From NCBI GenBank assembly GCA_963734665.1, contig CAVTIR010000009.1, positions 12,498 to 76,497 on the forward strand: a stretch of 64,000 bases of DNA, in the 5' to 3' direction. A program made the position numbers and the translations under genes. A model generated the notes under the pieces. The model had not been told where the DNA came from. It did not search any database and saw nothing but the letters and a program-made list of their open reading frames with translations. Origin of the DNA: an uncultured Actinomycetota bacterium. GTDB taxonomy: Bacteria; Actinomycetota; Actinomycetes; Streptosporangiales; Streptosporangiaceae. Positions 38,775 to 49,199 of this stretch are shown in pieces. Every line of letters starts with the position of its first letter. Position 1 is the stretch's first letter.

Positions 38775-39782
38775 TCACTCGGTGCTGTACCACTCGGGTT
38801 TGGCCGAACGTGACATGAGTACCGCTCCCGCGTCGCCGACAGAAAGCCGCCCGGTGATCACCGCGCCGACCACTTCGGTGATCGGCATCTCCACGCCGTA
38901 CTTGCGGGCGAGTTCGAGGACGGGAGCGTACGAGGTCACGCCTTCGGCGGTCTGACTGGTCAGCTCCTTGGCCTGGGCGGCGCTGCGGCCCTGCCCGAGG
39001 TACTCGCCGAATCGCCGGTTCCGCGAGAGCGGTGAGGAGCAGGTCGCCACCAGGTCACCCATCCCGGAGAGCCCGGCGAACGTCCGGGGGTCGGCGCCCA
39101 TCACTTCGCCGAGCCTGGCCATCTCGGCGAGCCCGCGCGTGATCAGCATCGCCTTGGTGTTGTCGCCGAGGCCGAGCGCGACCGCGATGCCCACGGCGAG
39201 CGCGATGATGTTCTTTACCGTGCCGCCGAGCTCGCACCCGACCACGTCGGTGTTCCAGTAGGGCCGGAAGTACTCGGTGTGGCAGGCCTGCTGAAGCAGG
39301 TGGGCGGACAGCTCGTCTGAGCAGGCCACCACGGAAGCGGCGAACTGCCGCTCGGCGATCTCCCGCGCGAGGTTCGGCCCGGAGACCACGGCGATGCGTG
39401 ACTCGGGGACGTCGAGCACCTCAAGGATGACCTCGCTCATCCGCTTGCGGGAGCCGAGCTCGATCCCCTTCATCAGCGAGACAAGCAGCGAGCCGTCAGG
39501 GATGAGCGGCGCCCACGCGGTCAGGTTTTCCCGCAGGGTCTGCGCCGGGACCGAGAGCACCACGAGGTCCGCGCCGTCGAGCGCGACGGCGATATCCGTC
39601 GTCGCGGTAAGCGTGGGCGGCAGCGAGACCCCGGGCAGGGACCGGGGGTTCTCGTGGATGTCCGTGACCGCCAGGGCGACGTCCGCGCGCCGCGCCCACA
39701 GCGTCACAGCAGTGCCGGCATCACAGAGCACCTGCGCGAACGTCGTTCCCCACGACCCGGCGCCTAGCACCGCTGCCTTCAT
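38775..39782 (-). CDS. gpsA: NAD(P)H-dependent glycerol-3-phosphate dehydrogenase
   Basis: MKAAVLGAGSWGT, SGPNLAREI, KNIIALA, GMGDLVATC, SRNRRFG; start ATG 39782. Confidence 0.97.
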   Translation of the reverse strand: MKAAVLGAGSWGTTFAQVLCDAGTAVTLWARRADVALAVTDIHENPRSLPGVSLPPTLTATTDIAVALDGADLVVLSVPAQTLRENLTAWAPLIPDGSLLVSLMKGIELGSRKRMSEVILEVLDVPESRIAVVSGPNLAREIAERQFAASVVACSDELSAHLLQQACHTEYFRPYWNTDVVGCELGGTVKNIIALAVGIAVALGLGDNTKAMLITRGLAEMARLGEVMGADPRTFAGLSGMGDLVATCSSPLSRNRRFGEYLGQGRSAAQAKELTSQTAEGVTSYAPVLELARKYGVEMPITEVVGAVITGRLSVGDAGAVLMSRSAKPEWYSTE

Positions 39783-39786
39783 GAGA

Positions 39787-39992
39787 CTGTCGTCTCCCGG
39801 GGGGACGACCCCCCGTACCCCGCAGTTATCCCCCGGGGGCACGACCCCCCGTACCCCCCGGTGTCAGTGCGGGCGGGCCTGATCGCAAAAACCGCGATCG
39901 TATCAGGCCCGCCCGCACTGACGAAAAGCCGCGTGCGGCCCTCGAGCCCTCCGGTGTCCGTCTCCCGGGGGGACGACTCCCCGTACCCCCGG
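39787..39992 (+). repeat. Family-1 cluster (A, A+B, A) between plsC and gpsA
   Basis: Module A at about 39798, 39834, 39965; module B 39863-39922. Confidence 0.92.
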
Positions 39993-40010
39993 ACCAAGGC
40001 TGCAGGTGAC

Positions 40011-40757
40011 TCAGGCACTGGAACCACCATTCGTTGGGGACGGCCTTTCTGGGATTGACTTGGACATGTCGAACGGGATGGCGGGCGGTTCTTCGCCGCG
40101 CAGGGATGCCACCAAGGCCGTTACCTCGGTCATGATCGCGTCCGTGGCGGCGCGCAGGGCCCGTGCCGAGGTCTGCTTGCCGGCCCATTCCGACAGGTCG
40201 ACCGGCTTGCCGGCTACCGTACGCACAGTTTGCCGTGGCCAAACCTTGAGCTTGGAAGAGCCGTAAGGGAGGACGTTTTGGGTACCCCAGCGCGCGACCG
40301 GGATCACCGGAGCGCCGGTCGCGAGGGCCAGCCGGGCGACGCCGGACTTGGCCGCCATCGGCCACAGGTCCGGGTCGCGGGTCGCGGTCCCCTCGGGGTA
40401 GATGATCACCGCCGCCCCCTCGCCGAGGGCCTGCTCGGCCTGCTTGAGCGACCGCGCCGCGTCCGCGGCGCCGCGGTTGACCGGGATCTGGCCGCATCCG
40501 TAGAGCATCTTCCCGATGAACGGCACCTTGAACGCCGACGCCTTGATCAGGAACGTCGGGTACCGGCCCGACGCGTGGAAGAACAGCGCGTCGGTGCCCC
40601 AGTCGGCGTACGACATGTGGTTCGGCGCGATGATCACGGGGCCGGTCTTGGGAATGTTCTCCTGCCCGGCCCACTTGTTCCTGACCAGGATGTGCACGAG
40701 GGGGCGAAACACGATGACCGTGAACAGCCGCCATGCTGGCGAGTAAGACTTGCTCAT
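40011..40757 (-). CDS. plsC: 1-acyl-sn-glycerol-3-phosphate acyltransferase
   Basis: NHMSYAD (HX4D), IYPEGT, PVIPV. Confidence 0.92.
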   Translation of the reverse strand: MSKSYSPAWRLFTVIVFRPLVHILVRNKWAGQENIPKTGPVIIAPNHMSYADWGTDALFFHASGRYPTFLIKASAFKVPFIGKMLYGCGQIPVNRGAADAARSLKQAEQALGEGAAVIIYPEGTATRDPDLWPMAAKSGVARLALATGAPVIPVARWGTQNVLPYGSSKLKVWPRQTVRTVAGKPVDLSEWAGKQTSARALRAATDAIMTEVTALVASLRGEEPPAIPFDMSKSIPERPSPTNGGSSA

Positions 40758-40816
40758 CGGAGAGGCCTTCCCATGATCCGGTTCCGCACGTCATGCTTCC
40801 AAGTTTGCCGGTCTAG

Positions 40817-41623
40817 ATGACTGACTCTGCCCGCTTTAGCTGGACAGTTCTGCTGCCAGTCAAGGTACTCGCCCGCGCCAAGTCACGGCTCGCTGTCCTC
40901 GCTGGTGACCGCCGACGGGAGCTCGCCCTCGCCCTTGCGTCAGACACGGTTGTCGCCGTGCTTGCCTGCCCCGAGGTGGCGCGTGTGGTGGTTGTCACGT
41001 CCGATCCGGTGGCGGGACGGCTGCTTGCCGCGCTCGGTGCGATCATCGTGGCCGACGAGCCTGCGGATCGGTCGCTTAGCCTGGGGACCTTGGACGGTGC
41101 GCCCGGGAGCGCCACGGTGAGCGTCGGCGCGGGAGCTATCGGGGAACTGGGCGTGCAGGACGCGCTGAACGCCGCGCTGCGGCATGGCGCGGCGGTGGCG
41201 GCGCGGCGCTGGCCGGGGACCGGGCTCGCGGCGCTCACGGCGGACCTGCCCGCGCTGAGCTCCGCCGAACTGGCCATGGCCTTGCGCGCGGCCGGAACCG
41301 CGCCAGGTACCCCGGATGCCCCGAGCGGTCCGGGCACCTCAGGAGCTAGGGACGGCTCGCCGGCCCGGGCCGCGTTCGTGCCGGACGCCGCGGGCGTCGG
41401 GACGACGCTGTATGCGGTGCCGCCAGGGGGCGAGTTCCGCCCGCTGTTCGGCGGGGCGTCCCGCGCACGACACGCGGCATCAGGTGCCACCGAACTCAAT
41501 TTTGCTGACTTTGCAGGCCTGCGCAGAGACGTCGACACACCCGACGACCTCCGCGCAGCCCTCGCACTAGGGGCCGGCCCGTTCACCCAGGCAGCAGCAG
41601 CCGATCTCTTTACCGATGTTTAG
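40817..41623 (+). CDS. cofC: 2-phospho-L-lactate/PEP guanylyltransferase (F420 biosynthesis)
   Basis: LLPVKVLARAKSRL, LNAAL, ADLPAL, PDAAGVGTT, LRRDVDTPDDL. Confidence 0.92.
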   Translation: MTDSARFSWTVLLPVKVLARAKSRLAVLAGDRRRELALALASDTVVAVLACPEVARVVVVTSDPVAGRLLAALGAIIVADEPADRSLSLGTLDGAPGSATVSVGAGAIGELGVQDALNAALRHGAAVAARRWPGTGLAALTADLPALSSAELAMALRAAGTAPGTPDAPSGPGTSGARDGSPARAAFVPDAAGVGTTLYAVPPGGEFRPLFGGASRARHAASGATELNFADFAGLRRDVDTPDDLRAALALGAGPFTQAAAADLFTDV

Positions 41624-41630
41624 GCCCTGC

Positions 41631-41864
41631 CTAGATCCTCACCACCGGGCAGGTCAGCGTTCGCGTAATGCCCTCGACCGCTTGGATCTGGGCCGCGACC
41701 AGCTTGCCTAGCTCGTCCACGTTCTCGGCGCGGGCGCGCACGATGACGTCATACGGGCCAGTGACATCCTCCGCCTGCATGACTCCAGCGATCTCCGCGA
41801 TCTGCCGGGCCACGTCGGCGGCTCTGCCGACCTCCGTCTGGACGAGGATGTATGCCTGCACCAT
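41631..41864 (-). CDS. Lrp/AsnC ligand-binding domain protein
   Basis: MVQAYILVQTEVG, VTGPYDVI, TRTLTCPV. Confidence 0.93.
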   Translation of the reverse strand: MVQAYILVQTEVGRAADVARQIAEIAGVMQAEDVTGPYDVIVRARAENVDELGKLVAAQIQAVEGITRTLTCPVVRI

Positions 41865-42122
41865 GGCGTCCTCCTGGGGACAGCGTACGAGTGCTGCCCT
41901 GAACTGTCACGGTACAGCAATGGTCCAGACCTTTTTCATCCTGGTCGACAGTTTTTCTTGCTAATTAGGATGTTCTGCGATGCGCGTGCGCCTGCACGGA
42001 CATATGCACGCCCACCTGCACGGACACCGGGGCGCGGGTGGCGTGATCATGATCACGAAGGGTGCGGCACCACAGGGGGCGGCCGCCGAACTAGTCGCCT
42101 GGCTAGGCTTAGGGGTCCACAG

Positions 42123-43198
42123 GTGGCGCGAGGCGTGGAGGCGGCGAGATCGCTGGTGATGAGGGGTCCGTCGCGGACCTGGGCGAGTGGGGGGTCATCG
42201 CGGCCTTGAAGGCGCGGATGCCTGCGGGCGCGCTGACCTCGGTTGGCATCGGCGACGACTCGGCGGTGGTCGCCACTCCGTCGGGCAGCGTGGTCGCGGC
42301 GGTCGACCTGCTGATCGAGGGCAGGCACTTCCGCCGTGACTGGTCCTCGGCCTATGACGTCGGTGTGAAGGCCGCCGCGCGCAGCCTGGCGGACATCGCG
42401 GCGATGGGCGCGGTGAACACGGCGCTGCTTGTCGGCCTGGCCGCGCCCGGCACGCTCCCGGCGCGCTGGGCCACGGACCTGGCCGAAGGCCTCGCCTTCG
42501 AGGCCACTCGGGCTGGCGCGGGCATCGTCGGCGGCGACACGGCCCGCGCGGATTCCGTCACCCTGTCCGTGACCGCCCTCGGCGACCTGGAAGGCCGCCG
42601 CCCCGTCCTCCGCTCTGGCGCCAGACCAGGCGACGTGATCGCCGTGGCAGGCCCGCTCGGTCACTCGGCGGCCGGCCTGGCCCTGCTGATGGCAGGAATC
42701 CCCGATCCGGCTGCGCTCGTGGCCGCCCACCTGCGCCCCTCGCCCAGCTACGACGCGGGCCCGGAGGCGGCACGACTCGGCGCCACCGCGATGATCGACG
42801 TCAGCGACGGCTTGCTCGCCGACGTTGGCCACGTTGCCGCCGCGAGCGGCGTCAACATCAACCTCAGAACCTCAGACCTCGCGGTGGGTACCGCCCTCGG
42901 CGAAGCTGCGGCACGGCTATCGCTTCCTGCCCCGTCATCCCGAACGATCGCGGCTTACTCCCCAGCCGCCCCTCCCGCATCGGCTGCGGCGACGCCCGGC
43001 GAGGATCACCCGGAAACCGCCGTTGCCCTGGAGTGGGTGCTGACCGGCGGCGAGGATCACTCTCTGGTCGCCACATTCCCGCCGGGCATGCCGCTGCCCG
43101 ACAGGTGGCGCGTGATCGGCGAGGTCCTCCCCGGCGCCGGCGTCACGGTAGACGGCAGCCCGCACGACGGCCCGGCCGGCTGGCAGCACTTCCGCTGA
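42123..43198 (+). CDS. thiL: Thiamine-monophosphate kinase; start unresolved, possible 1-nt frameshift near 42138
   Basis: GIGDDSA, EGRHFR, DIAAMG, GGDT, MIDVSDGL, GGEDH. Conserved SVADLGEWGVI lies upstream of the listed TTG 42206 with no in-frame ATG/GTG after TAG 42110. Confidence 0.9.
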
Positions 43199-43294
43199 CC
43201 ATCCCGCGATCCGGCCCGCCCGGCTCAGCACCGTGCGACCGCCCCGGCGACTAAGGCTATTCAGTGCCTCGGCGGCGCATTTCAGGCGCAAAAC

Positions 43295-43325
43295 AAGCCG
43301 ACGCGTCGCTTAGACGCGTCGGCTT
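43295..43325 (-). terminator. Intrinsic terminator of rpmB
   Basis: AAGCCGACGCGTC-gctta-GACGCGTCGGCTT with a T-rich tail on the minus strand. Confidence 0.8.
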
Positions 43326-43343
43326 GCGGGGTCTGCTAAATGC

Positions 43344-43529
43344 CTAGCGGGTGACCTTGCCGGCCTTGATGCAGGAGGTGCACACGTTCAGGCGTTTGGG
43401 CGTTCCCGACACGATCGCCCGAACGGTCTGGATGTTCGGGTTCCAGCGACGGCGAGTACGGACGTGAGAGTGCGACACGTTGTTGCCGAAGCCCGGCCCC
43501 TTGCCGCAAACGTCGCAGACGGAAGCCAC
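43344..43529 (-). CDS. rpmB: 50S ribosomal protein L28 (Zn-binding form)
   Basis: [42 protein letters not shown]; GTG after GGAGG. Confidence 0.97.
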   Translation of the reverse strand: MASVCDVCGKGPGFGNNVSHSHVRTRRRWNPNIQTVRAIVSGTPKRLNVCTSCIKAGKVTR

Positions 43530-43717
43530 GGCTGCCTCCATTAGTAGAATTGGAAAAGTCTGTCAGCGCCTCATCCGGCGGCGATTCACACCAGCACGAA
43601 ACTGAAGCAGCTTCGCCAGCATACCCGACACCGTACGGCCGCGCGAAACGTACCGGATTCTGGACCGTCCACGCTCACCGTACACAGAGTGCCCGAATGT
43701 CGGTGTGCGAGCTCTTG

Positions 43718-43757
43718 TCTGGGGATACGGGGATCGTCCCCCCGGGAGACAACAGCG
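43718..43757 (-). repeat. Family-1 module A, degenerate, opposite orientation
   Basis: Reverse complement GCTGTTGTCTCCCGGGGGGACGATCCCCGTATCCCC. Confidence 0.8.
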
Positions 43758-43815
43758 CTGCCGGTAACCCCGGCCTGCGACCCGAATGTCAGCAGTCGCT
43801 CCTATGCTGGGCCAT

Positions 43816-46107
43816 GTGAGCACGCTCCGCGATCCTTTGGCTCAGGTGCTGGGCAAGAAGGCGAGCGACACGTTCGAGAAGGTCTTCGGCCTGCGGACGG
43901 TCGGTGACCTGCTGCGCCACTACCCCCGGCGCTATTACACCAGGGGTGAGCTGACCCCGCTCGACTCGCTCAGGGAAGGCGACCACGTCACCGTGCTCGC
44001 CCGCGTCGCCATGTCCGGCGTGATTGGCGGGCCCTTTCCCGGCCAGCGGCCAAAGGCACCTCCCGGCCGTGGTCAATACAAGCAAAGGCTTGAGGTCATC
44101 GTCACAGACGGCACCGGCAAGCTGCAGCTCATGTTCTTCGCCGGGGCCGGGTTCCACGCGAAGCAGTTGCAGCAGGGCGCGCTCGCCCTGTTCGCCGGCA
44201 CGGTGTCAAGCTTTCGCGGCCGCCGCCAGCTGGTGCACCCCGAATACGAGCTGCTGCCGGTCGCGGCCGCCGACGAGCGGCTGACCACGGAGCTTGCCGA
44301 GGAGTTCGCCAGGGAGCTGATTCCCGTCTACCCGGCGAGCGCCAAGCTGACCTCGTGGACGATCTCCCGGCACATCGACGCGGTCCTTGAGTCGCTGGAC
44401 GCCGGCGAGGACCCGCTGCCGGCCGAGGTGCGCGCGAAACATGACCTTTGGCCAAGGGAGCTGGCCATCAGGGCCATCCACCGGCCGACGGACCGCGCGG
44501 ACGTACGGCAGGCGACCAAGCGGCTCAAGTGGGATGAGGCGTTCACCATGCAGGCCGCGCTCGCCCAGCGGCGGCACGCCGCCGCCGCCATGCCCGCCGT
44601 GCCCCGCCCCCCGGTCGAGGACGGGATCGCCGCCGCGTTCGACGGGCGGCTGCCGTTCAGCCTCACCGAGGGGCAGCGGTCGGTGGGGGAGGTCATCGCG
44701 CACGACCTGGCCTGCGCCTACCCGATGAACCGGCTGCTCCAGGGCGAGGTCGGCTCAGGCAAGACCGTTGTCGCGGTCCGGGCCATGCTCCAGGTAGTCG
44801 ACGCGGGCGGCCAGGCCGCGCTGCTCGCCCCGACCGAGGTGCTCGCCCAGCAGCACTACCGGTCGATCACCGCACTGCTCGGTCCCCTCGGCGCCGCAGG
44901 CCAGCTTGGCTCAGCAGAATCCGGCACAGCGGAGCAGGCGACCCGCGTGGCGCTGCTCACCGGCTCGACGGGGGTGCGGGCGCGGCGCAGCGCACTCAGC
45001 GACGTGTTCACCGGCGACGCCGGCATCCTCATCGGCACGCACGCGCTGCTTGAGGACCAGGTCCAGTTCGCCGACCTCGGCCTGGTGGTCATCGACGAGC
45101 AGCACAGGTTCGGCGTCGAGCAGCGCGACGCGCTCCGCGAGAAGGTCGTCGGCTCCCGGCCGCACGTGCTGGTGATGACCGCGACCCCGATCCCGCGCAC
45201 GGTGGCGATGACCGTGTTCGGCGACCTTGAGGTCTCGACGCTCGCAGAGCTGCCCGTCGGCCGCTCGCCGATCGCGACGCACGTGGTGCCTGCCGTGGAA
45301 CGCCCGCACTACCTGGAGCGAGCGTGGCAGCGGGTCCGCGAGGAGGTCGCGGCGGGCCGCCAGGCGTATGTGGTTTGCCCGCGGATCGGCGACGCGGACG
45401 ATGACGGCGACGGTACCGATACCCCCGAGCCTGGCGTCGGCCCGGACGCGGCCACAGCGGCAGACGGCGCGGCGGACAGCCAGGAGGCCCGCCGCCCGCC
45501 GCTCGCCGTCCTCGACGTGGCACCGGAGCTCGCCGAAGGACCCCTGACCGGGCTGCGTGTCGGCATCATGCACGGCCGGCTGGTCCCCGACGAGAAGGAC
45601 CGGGTGATGACCGCGTTCGCCGCCGGGGAACTTGACGTCCTCGTCTCGACCACGGTGATCGAGGTCGGCGTGGACGTGCCGAACGCCACCGTCATGGTGA
45701 TCATGGACGCCGAGCGATTCGGCGTCTCCCAGCTTCACCAGCTGCGCGGCCGGGTGGGCCGCGGCCGCGACGCGGGCGTGTGCCTCCTCGTGACCGAGGC
45801 GCCCCCGGCCAGCCCCGCTAGGGAGCGGCTCGACGCGGTCGCCGCCACCGGGGACGGCTTCCAGCTCTCCCGGCTCGACCTGCAGCAGCGCCGCGAAGGC
45901 GACGTGCTCGGCTCGGCCCAGGCCGGCCGCCGCAGTAGTCTCAAGCTGCTGCGGCTGCTCGCTGACGAGGACCTGATCGCGACGGCCCGCGAGGAAGCGG
46001 CAACGCTGGTCACCGCCGACCCGAAACTGACCGCTCACGAGGCACTGAAGGAAGCGATCGACGACTTCCTGGGCGACCGCCGCGCCGAATTCCTCGATAA
46101 AGCCTGA
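43816..46107 (+). CDS. recG: ATP-dependent DNA helicase RecG
   Basis: LQGEVGSGKT, APTEVLAQQH, DEQHRFGV, MTATPIPRT, QLHQLRGRVGRG. Confidence 0.97.
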   Translation: MSTLRDPLAQVLGKKASDTFEKVFGLRTVGDLLRHYPRRYYTRGELTPLDSLREGDHVTVLARVAMSGVIGGPFPGQRPKAPPGRGQYKQRLEVIVTDGTGKLQLMFFAGAGFHAKQLQQGALALFAGTVSSFRGRRQLVHPEYELLPVAAADERLTTELAEEFARELIPVYPASAKLTSWTISRHIDAVLESLDAGEDPLPAEVRAKHDLWPRELAIRAIHRPTDRADVRQATKRLKWDEAFTMQAALAQRRHAAAAMPAVPRPPVEDGIAAAFDGRLPFSLTEGQRSVGEVIAHDLACAYPMNRLLQGEVGSGKTVVAVRAMLQVVDAGGQAALLAPTEVLAQQHYRSITALLGPLGAAGQLGSAESGTAEQATRVALLTGSTGVRARRSALSDVFTGDAGILIGTHALLEDQVQFADLGLVVIDEQHRFGVEQRDALREKVVGSRPHVLVMTATPIPRTVAMTVFGDLEVSTLAELPVGRSPIATHVVPAVERPHYLERAWQRVREEVAAGRQAYVVCPRIGDADDDGDGTDTPEPGVGPDAATAADGAADSQEARRPPLAVLDVAPELAEGPLTGLRVGIMHGRLVPDEKDRVMTAFAAGELDVLVSTTVIEVGVDVPNATVMVIMDAERFGVSQLHQLRGRVGRGRDAGVCLLVTEAPPASPARERLDAVAATGDGFQLSRLDLQQRREGDVLGSAQAGRRSSLKLLRLLADEDLIATAREEAATLVTADPKLTAHEALKEAIDDFLGDRRAEFLDKA

Positions 46108-46119
46108 GAGAATTGCGCC

Positions 46120-46785
46120 GTGACACGGGTCATCGCTGGAGCAGCAGGGGGACGACGGCTAGGGGTGCCGCCGGGGACTGGAACCCGGCCGACTAGTGAC
46201 CGGGCCAGGGAAGGGCTGTTCGCCTCGGTCACGTCTGAGCTTGGCGACCTCGGCGGCGTGCACGTCATGGACTTGTACGCGGGGTCTGGCGCGCTTGGCC
46301 TCGAAGCCTTGTCGCGGGGCGCGGCGAGCGTGCTGCTCGTCGAAGCCGACACCCGCGCCGCGGCGGTCGTTAAGGCGAACGTCAAGTCAGTGGGCCTGCC
46401 CGGTGCCACCGTGGCCGCTGACCGGGTGGAACGGCTGCTCGCTCGCGCGCGAGGGGAGCGGCAGCACCAGCGCGGCGACGGCTACGACCTGGTATTCGCC
46501 GACCCGCCGTACGCGGTGACCGACGAGGCGGTGGCGAAGATGCTCACCCTGCTGGGAGACGGTTGGCTGGCCGACGGGGCGCTTGTCGTGGTAGAGCGTG
46601 CTACCAGGTCGGGGCCGTTTGACTGGCCCCCCGGCTACGCTGGAGGCAAGTCGCGCAGGTACGGTGAGGCGACCTTCTGGTACGGCTGGTACGGCAGCGG
46701 CACGGAAGCGGGGCACGCGGAGCAGTCGCGGGCAGCCGTGCCTTGGCCGTCGCTTGACGCGCCCGGCCGGGCGCATGAGGAGTGA
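46120..46785 (+). CDS. rsmD: 16S rRNA m2G966 methyltransferase
   Basis: [35 protein letters not shown]. Confidence 0.95.
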   Translation: MTRVIAGAAGGRRLGVPPGTGTRPTSDRAREGLFASVTSELGDLGGVHVMDLYAGSGALGLEALSRGAASVLLVEADTRAAAVVKANVKSVGLPGATVAADRVERLLARARGERQHQRGDGYDLVFADPPYAVTDEAVAKMLTLLGDGWLADGALVVVERATRSGPFDWPPGYAGGKSRRYGEATFWYGWYGSGTEAGHAEQSRAAVPWPSLDAPGRAHEE

Positions 46786-47270
46786 GTCGCGTGGCGCGGG
46801 TGGTATGCCCTGGTTCGTTCGACCCGGTAACGAACGGTCATCTGGACATCATCGAGCGGGCGGCTGGCCTGCACGACGAGGTGATCGTCGCCGTTCTCAT
46901 CAACATCACGAAGAAGACCCTGTTCACCGTCGATGAGCGGGTTGAGATGCTCACCGAGGTCACCAGGGGCTACGGCAACGTGCGGGTGGAGCGCTTCCAC
47001 GGCCTGACCGTGGACTTCTGCATGGCGAACGGCATCAACATGATCGTGAAGGGCCTGCGGGCGGTCAGCGACTTCGAGTACGAGATGCAGATGGCACAGA
47101 TGAACTACCGTCTCGCCAAGATCGAGACGCTGTTCATGACGACCAACCCGCTGTACTCGTTCCTGAGCTCCAGCTTGATCAAGGAGGTCGCCAGGTACGG
47201 CGGGGACGTCAGCGGCCTGGTCCCTGAACAGGTCCTCGGCCGCCTGCACGCTCGCCTCGCCGAGGAGTAG
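46782..47270 (+). CDS. coaD: Pantetheine-phosphate adenylyltransferase
   Basis: [36 protein letters not shown]. Confidence 0.97.
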   Translation: MSRVARVVCPGSFDPVTNGHLDIIERAAGLHDEVIVAVLINITKKTLFTVDERVEMLTEVTRGYGNVRVERFHGLTVDFCMANGINMIVKGLRAVSDFEYEMQMAQMNYRLAKIETLFMTTNPLYSFLSSSLIKEVARYGGDVSGLVPEQVLGRLHARLAEE

Positions 47271-47357
47271 GCGGCCGCCGCGAACCTCAAGTTGGGAATA
47301 GCTGGCGGTCGCGGGTACGCTAATTCGTCGGCTAAGCAATCACCTACACGATAAACT

Positions 47358-48020
47358 GTGATGTCCAGAGGAAACGGTAAATCAGTCGCGCGCGGGGTGC
47401 CCGGTGCACACGGCGAAGATGCGGGTCAGGCGGGTCAGGTGTCGGCAGGCAGCAAGCCAGTCAGTTCCCACGTCCGTGGTAGCGGTGACTTCGTGTTCGA
47501 CATGCGCGTGCTCGGCAAGGGGCCGGGCGAGTTCAGGGACGAGAAGCGGACGGCGTCTGCGCCTGACGGTCTCGGTTCTGGGCTAGTCTTGGTGCCTGCC
47601 GGCGGCGACGTGGCTCTCGACTTGCGGTTCGAGGCGGTCTCCGAGGGGGTGCTCGTCACCGGCTCGGCGGTCGCACCGCTGACAGGCGAGTGCGCGCGCT
47701 GCCTGGACCCGCTGACTTCCGCGGTGGAGGTCAGCTTCCAGGAGCTTTACCGGTACCTGCCGGACCCGGGTGAGGACGAGGACGACGGCGAGGAGCACTT
47801 CCTCGACGGCGACTTTCTTGACCTGGAGCCAGCGTTCCGCGATGCTGTAGTGCTCGCGCTGCCGTTGTCGCCGCTCTGTCAGGACGACTGCCCAGGGCTG
47901 TGCGCCGAGTGCGGCGCGAAGCTCGCGGACGTCGGACCGGACCACGGGCACGGCGACAAGGTAGACCCCCGCTGGGGTCTCCTCGCAAAGCTTGAAATCA
48001 ACGACCGAGTAGAAGACTGA
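47358..48020 (+). CDS. YceD/DUF177 family protein
   Basis: [33 protein letters not shown]; start uncertain. Confidence 0.9.
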   Translation: MMSRGNGKSVARGVPGAHGEDAGQAGQVSAGSKPVSSHVRGSGDFVFDMRVLGKGPGEFRDEKRTASAPDGLGSGLVLVPAGGDVALDLRFEAVSEGVLVTGSAVAPLTGECARCLDPLTSAVEVSFQELYRYLPDPGEDEDDGEEHFLDGDFLDLEPAFRDAVVLALPLSPLCQDDCPGLCAECGAKLADVGPDHGHGDKVDPRWGLLAKLEINDRVED

Positions 48021-48033
48021 CAGGAGAGCCGAA

Positions 48034-48210
48034 GTGGCTGTTCCCAAGCGGAAGATGTCTCGCAGCAACACCCGCTCCCGCCGCGCGCAGTGGAAAACTG
48101 CCCCGGTGACGCTGGTCGAGTGCAGCAACTGCCACGCCCAGAAGCTGCCGCACGCAGCCTGCCCGACGTGCGGGACCTACCGCCGCCGGCAGGTCCTGAA
48201 CCCGGCCTGA
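48034..48210 (+). CDS. rpmF: 50S ribosomal protein L32 (not in the ORF track)
   Basis: My translation from GTG 48034: [21 protein letters not shown]...CSNC...CPTCGTY; RBS AGGAG. Confidence 0.97.
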   Translation: MAVPKRKMSRSNTRSRRAQWKTAPVTLVECSNCHAQKLPHAACPTCGTYRRRQVLNPA

Positions 48211-48232
48211 GCCAGCACGACTGGGAGCGCCG

Positions 48233-49108
48233 GTGAGCGGACGACGTAATGACGGGGACGGAACCGAGGCGGGAGACCCCGCCGAACTGTCGTGTGCTCT
48301 CGGCGTGCCTATCACCGCTGACACCCTTGAGCGTGCGCTTACCCACAGGTCGTATGCCTACGAGAACGGCGGCCTGCCGACCAACGAGCGGCTTGAGTTC
48401 CTAGGCGACTCGGTGCTGAGCCTGGTGGTCACGACCACCTTGTTCAACGAACACCCTGACCTGCCCGAGGGCCAGCTGGCGAAGCTGCGCGCCGCCGTGG
48501 TGCAGATGAACGCGCTCGCCGAGGTGGCCCGTGACCTGCGCCTCGGCTTGTTCGTCAAGCTCGGCCGAGGCGAGGAGGGGACTGGCGGCAGGGACAAGCC
48601 GTCGATTCTCGCCGACACGCTTGAGGCCGTGATCGGCGCGACCTACATCGACTGCGGGCTGGATTCCGCCAGCGACCTCGTCCACCGGCTCTTCGACCCG
48701 GTCATCGCGCGTTCCTCGCTGCTTGGCGCGGGCCTCGACTGGAAGACGTCGCTGCAGGAGCTGACCGCCGACCGGAGCCTTGGCGTGCCTGAGTACATGG
48801 TCAAGGACAGCGGCCCCGACCACCAGAAGCTGTTCCGCGCCGTGGTCAAGGTAGGCAGCAAGGAACTCGGTGCCGGTGAGGGCCGCTCGAAGAAGGCAGC
48901 AGAACAGCTCGCCGCCGAGGCCGCTTACCGCTCAATCACCGCGGAGAAAACAGAGGATCAAAATCACGTGGATCCCGAACGGGTTCCGCTCACTCCCGAA
49001 GCCACACCCGTCTCTCTAGGCGGGGCGGCCACAGGAGACGACGAGCCCCCCGCGCTCCGCGACGCGGTCCCGCCCCAGCCAGCCTCCCCGGATCCCGCCG
49101 CCCCCTAG
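48233..49108 (+). CDS. rnc: Ribonuclease III
   Basis: [38 protein letters not shown], dsRBD; about 50-aa low-complexity tail. Confidence 0.97.
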   Translation: MSGRRNDGDGTEAGDPAELSCALGVPITADTLERALTHRSYAYENGGLPTNERLEFLGDSVLSLVVTTTLFNEHPDLPEGQLAKLRAAVVQMNALAEVARDLRLGLFVKLGRGEEGTGGRDKPSILADTLEAVIGATYIDCGLDSASDLVHRLFDPVIARSSLLGAGLDWKTSLQELTADRSLGVPEYMVKDSGPDHQKLFRAVVKVGSKELGAGEGRSKKAAEQLAAEAAYRSITAEKTEDQNHVDPERVPLTPEATPVSLGGAATGDDEPPALRDAVPPQPASPDPAAP

Positions 49109-49199
49109 ACGCCCAGGGCATGAATGTGCCATCGCTGTCGCTATAACGGCAGTAAGGGCACATTCACGCGGTGGCGGTCTGGGGCAAACGGAGGTTGTC

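Noticed and set aside
39783-39842. Repeat-derived N-terminal extension of GpsA
   Set aside because: A canonical ATG at 39782 directly precedes the GAGSWG motif, so the repeat is more simply intergenic; not counted as an in-frame insertion.
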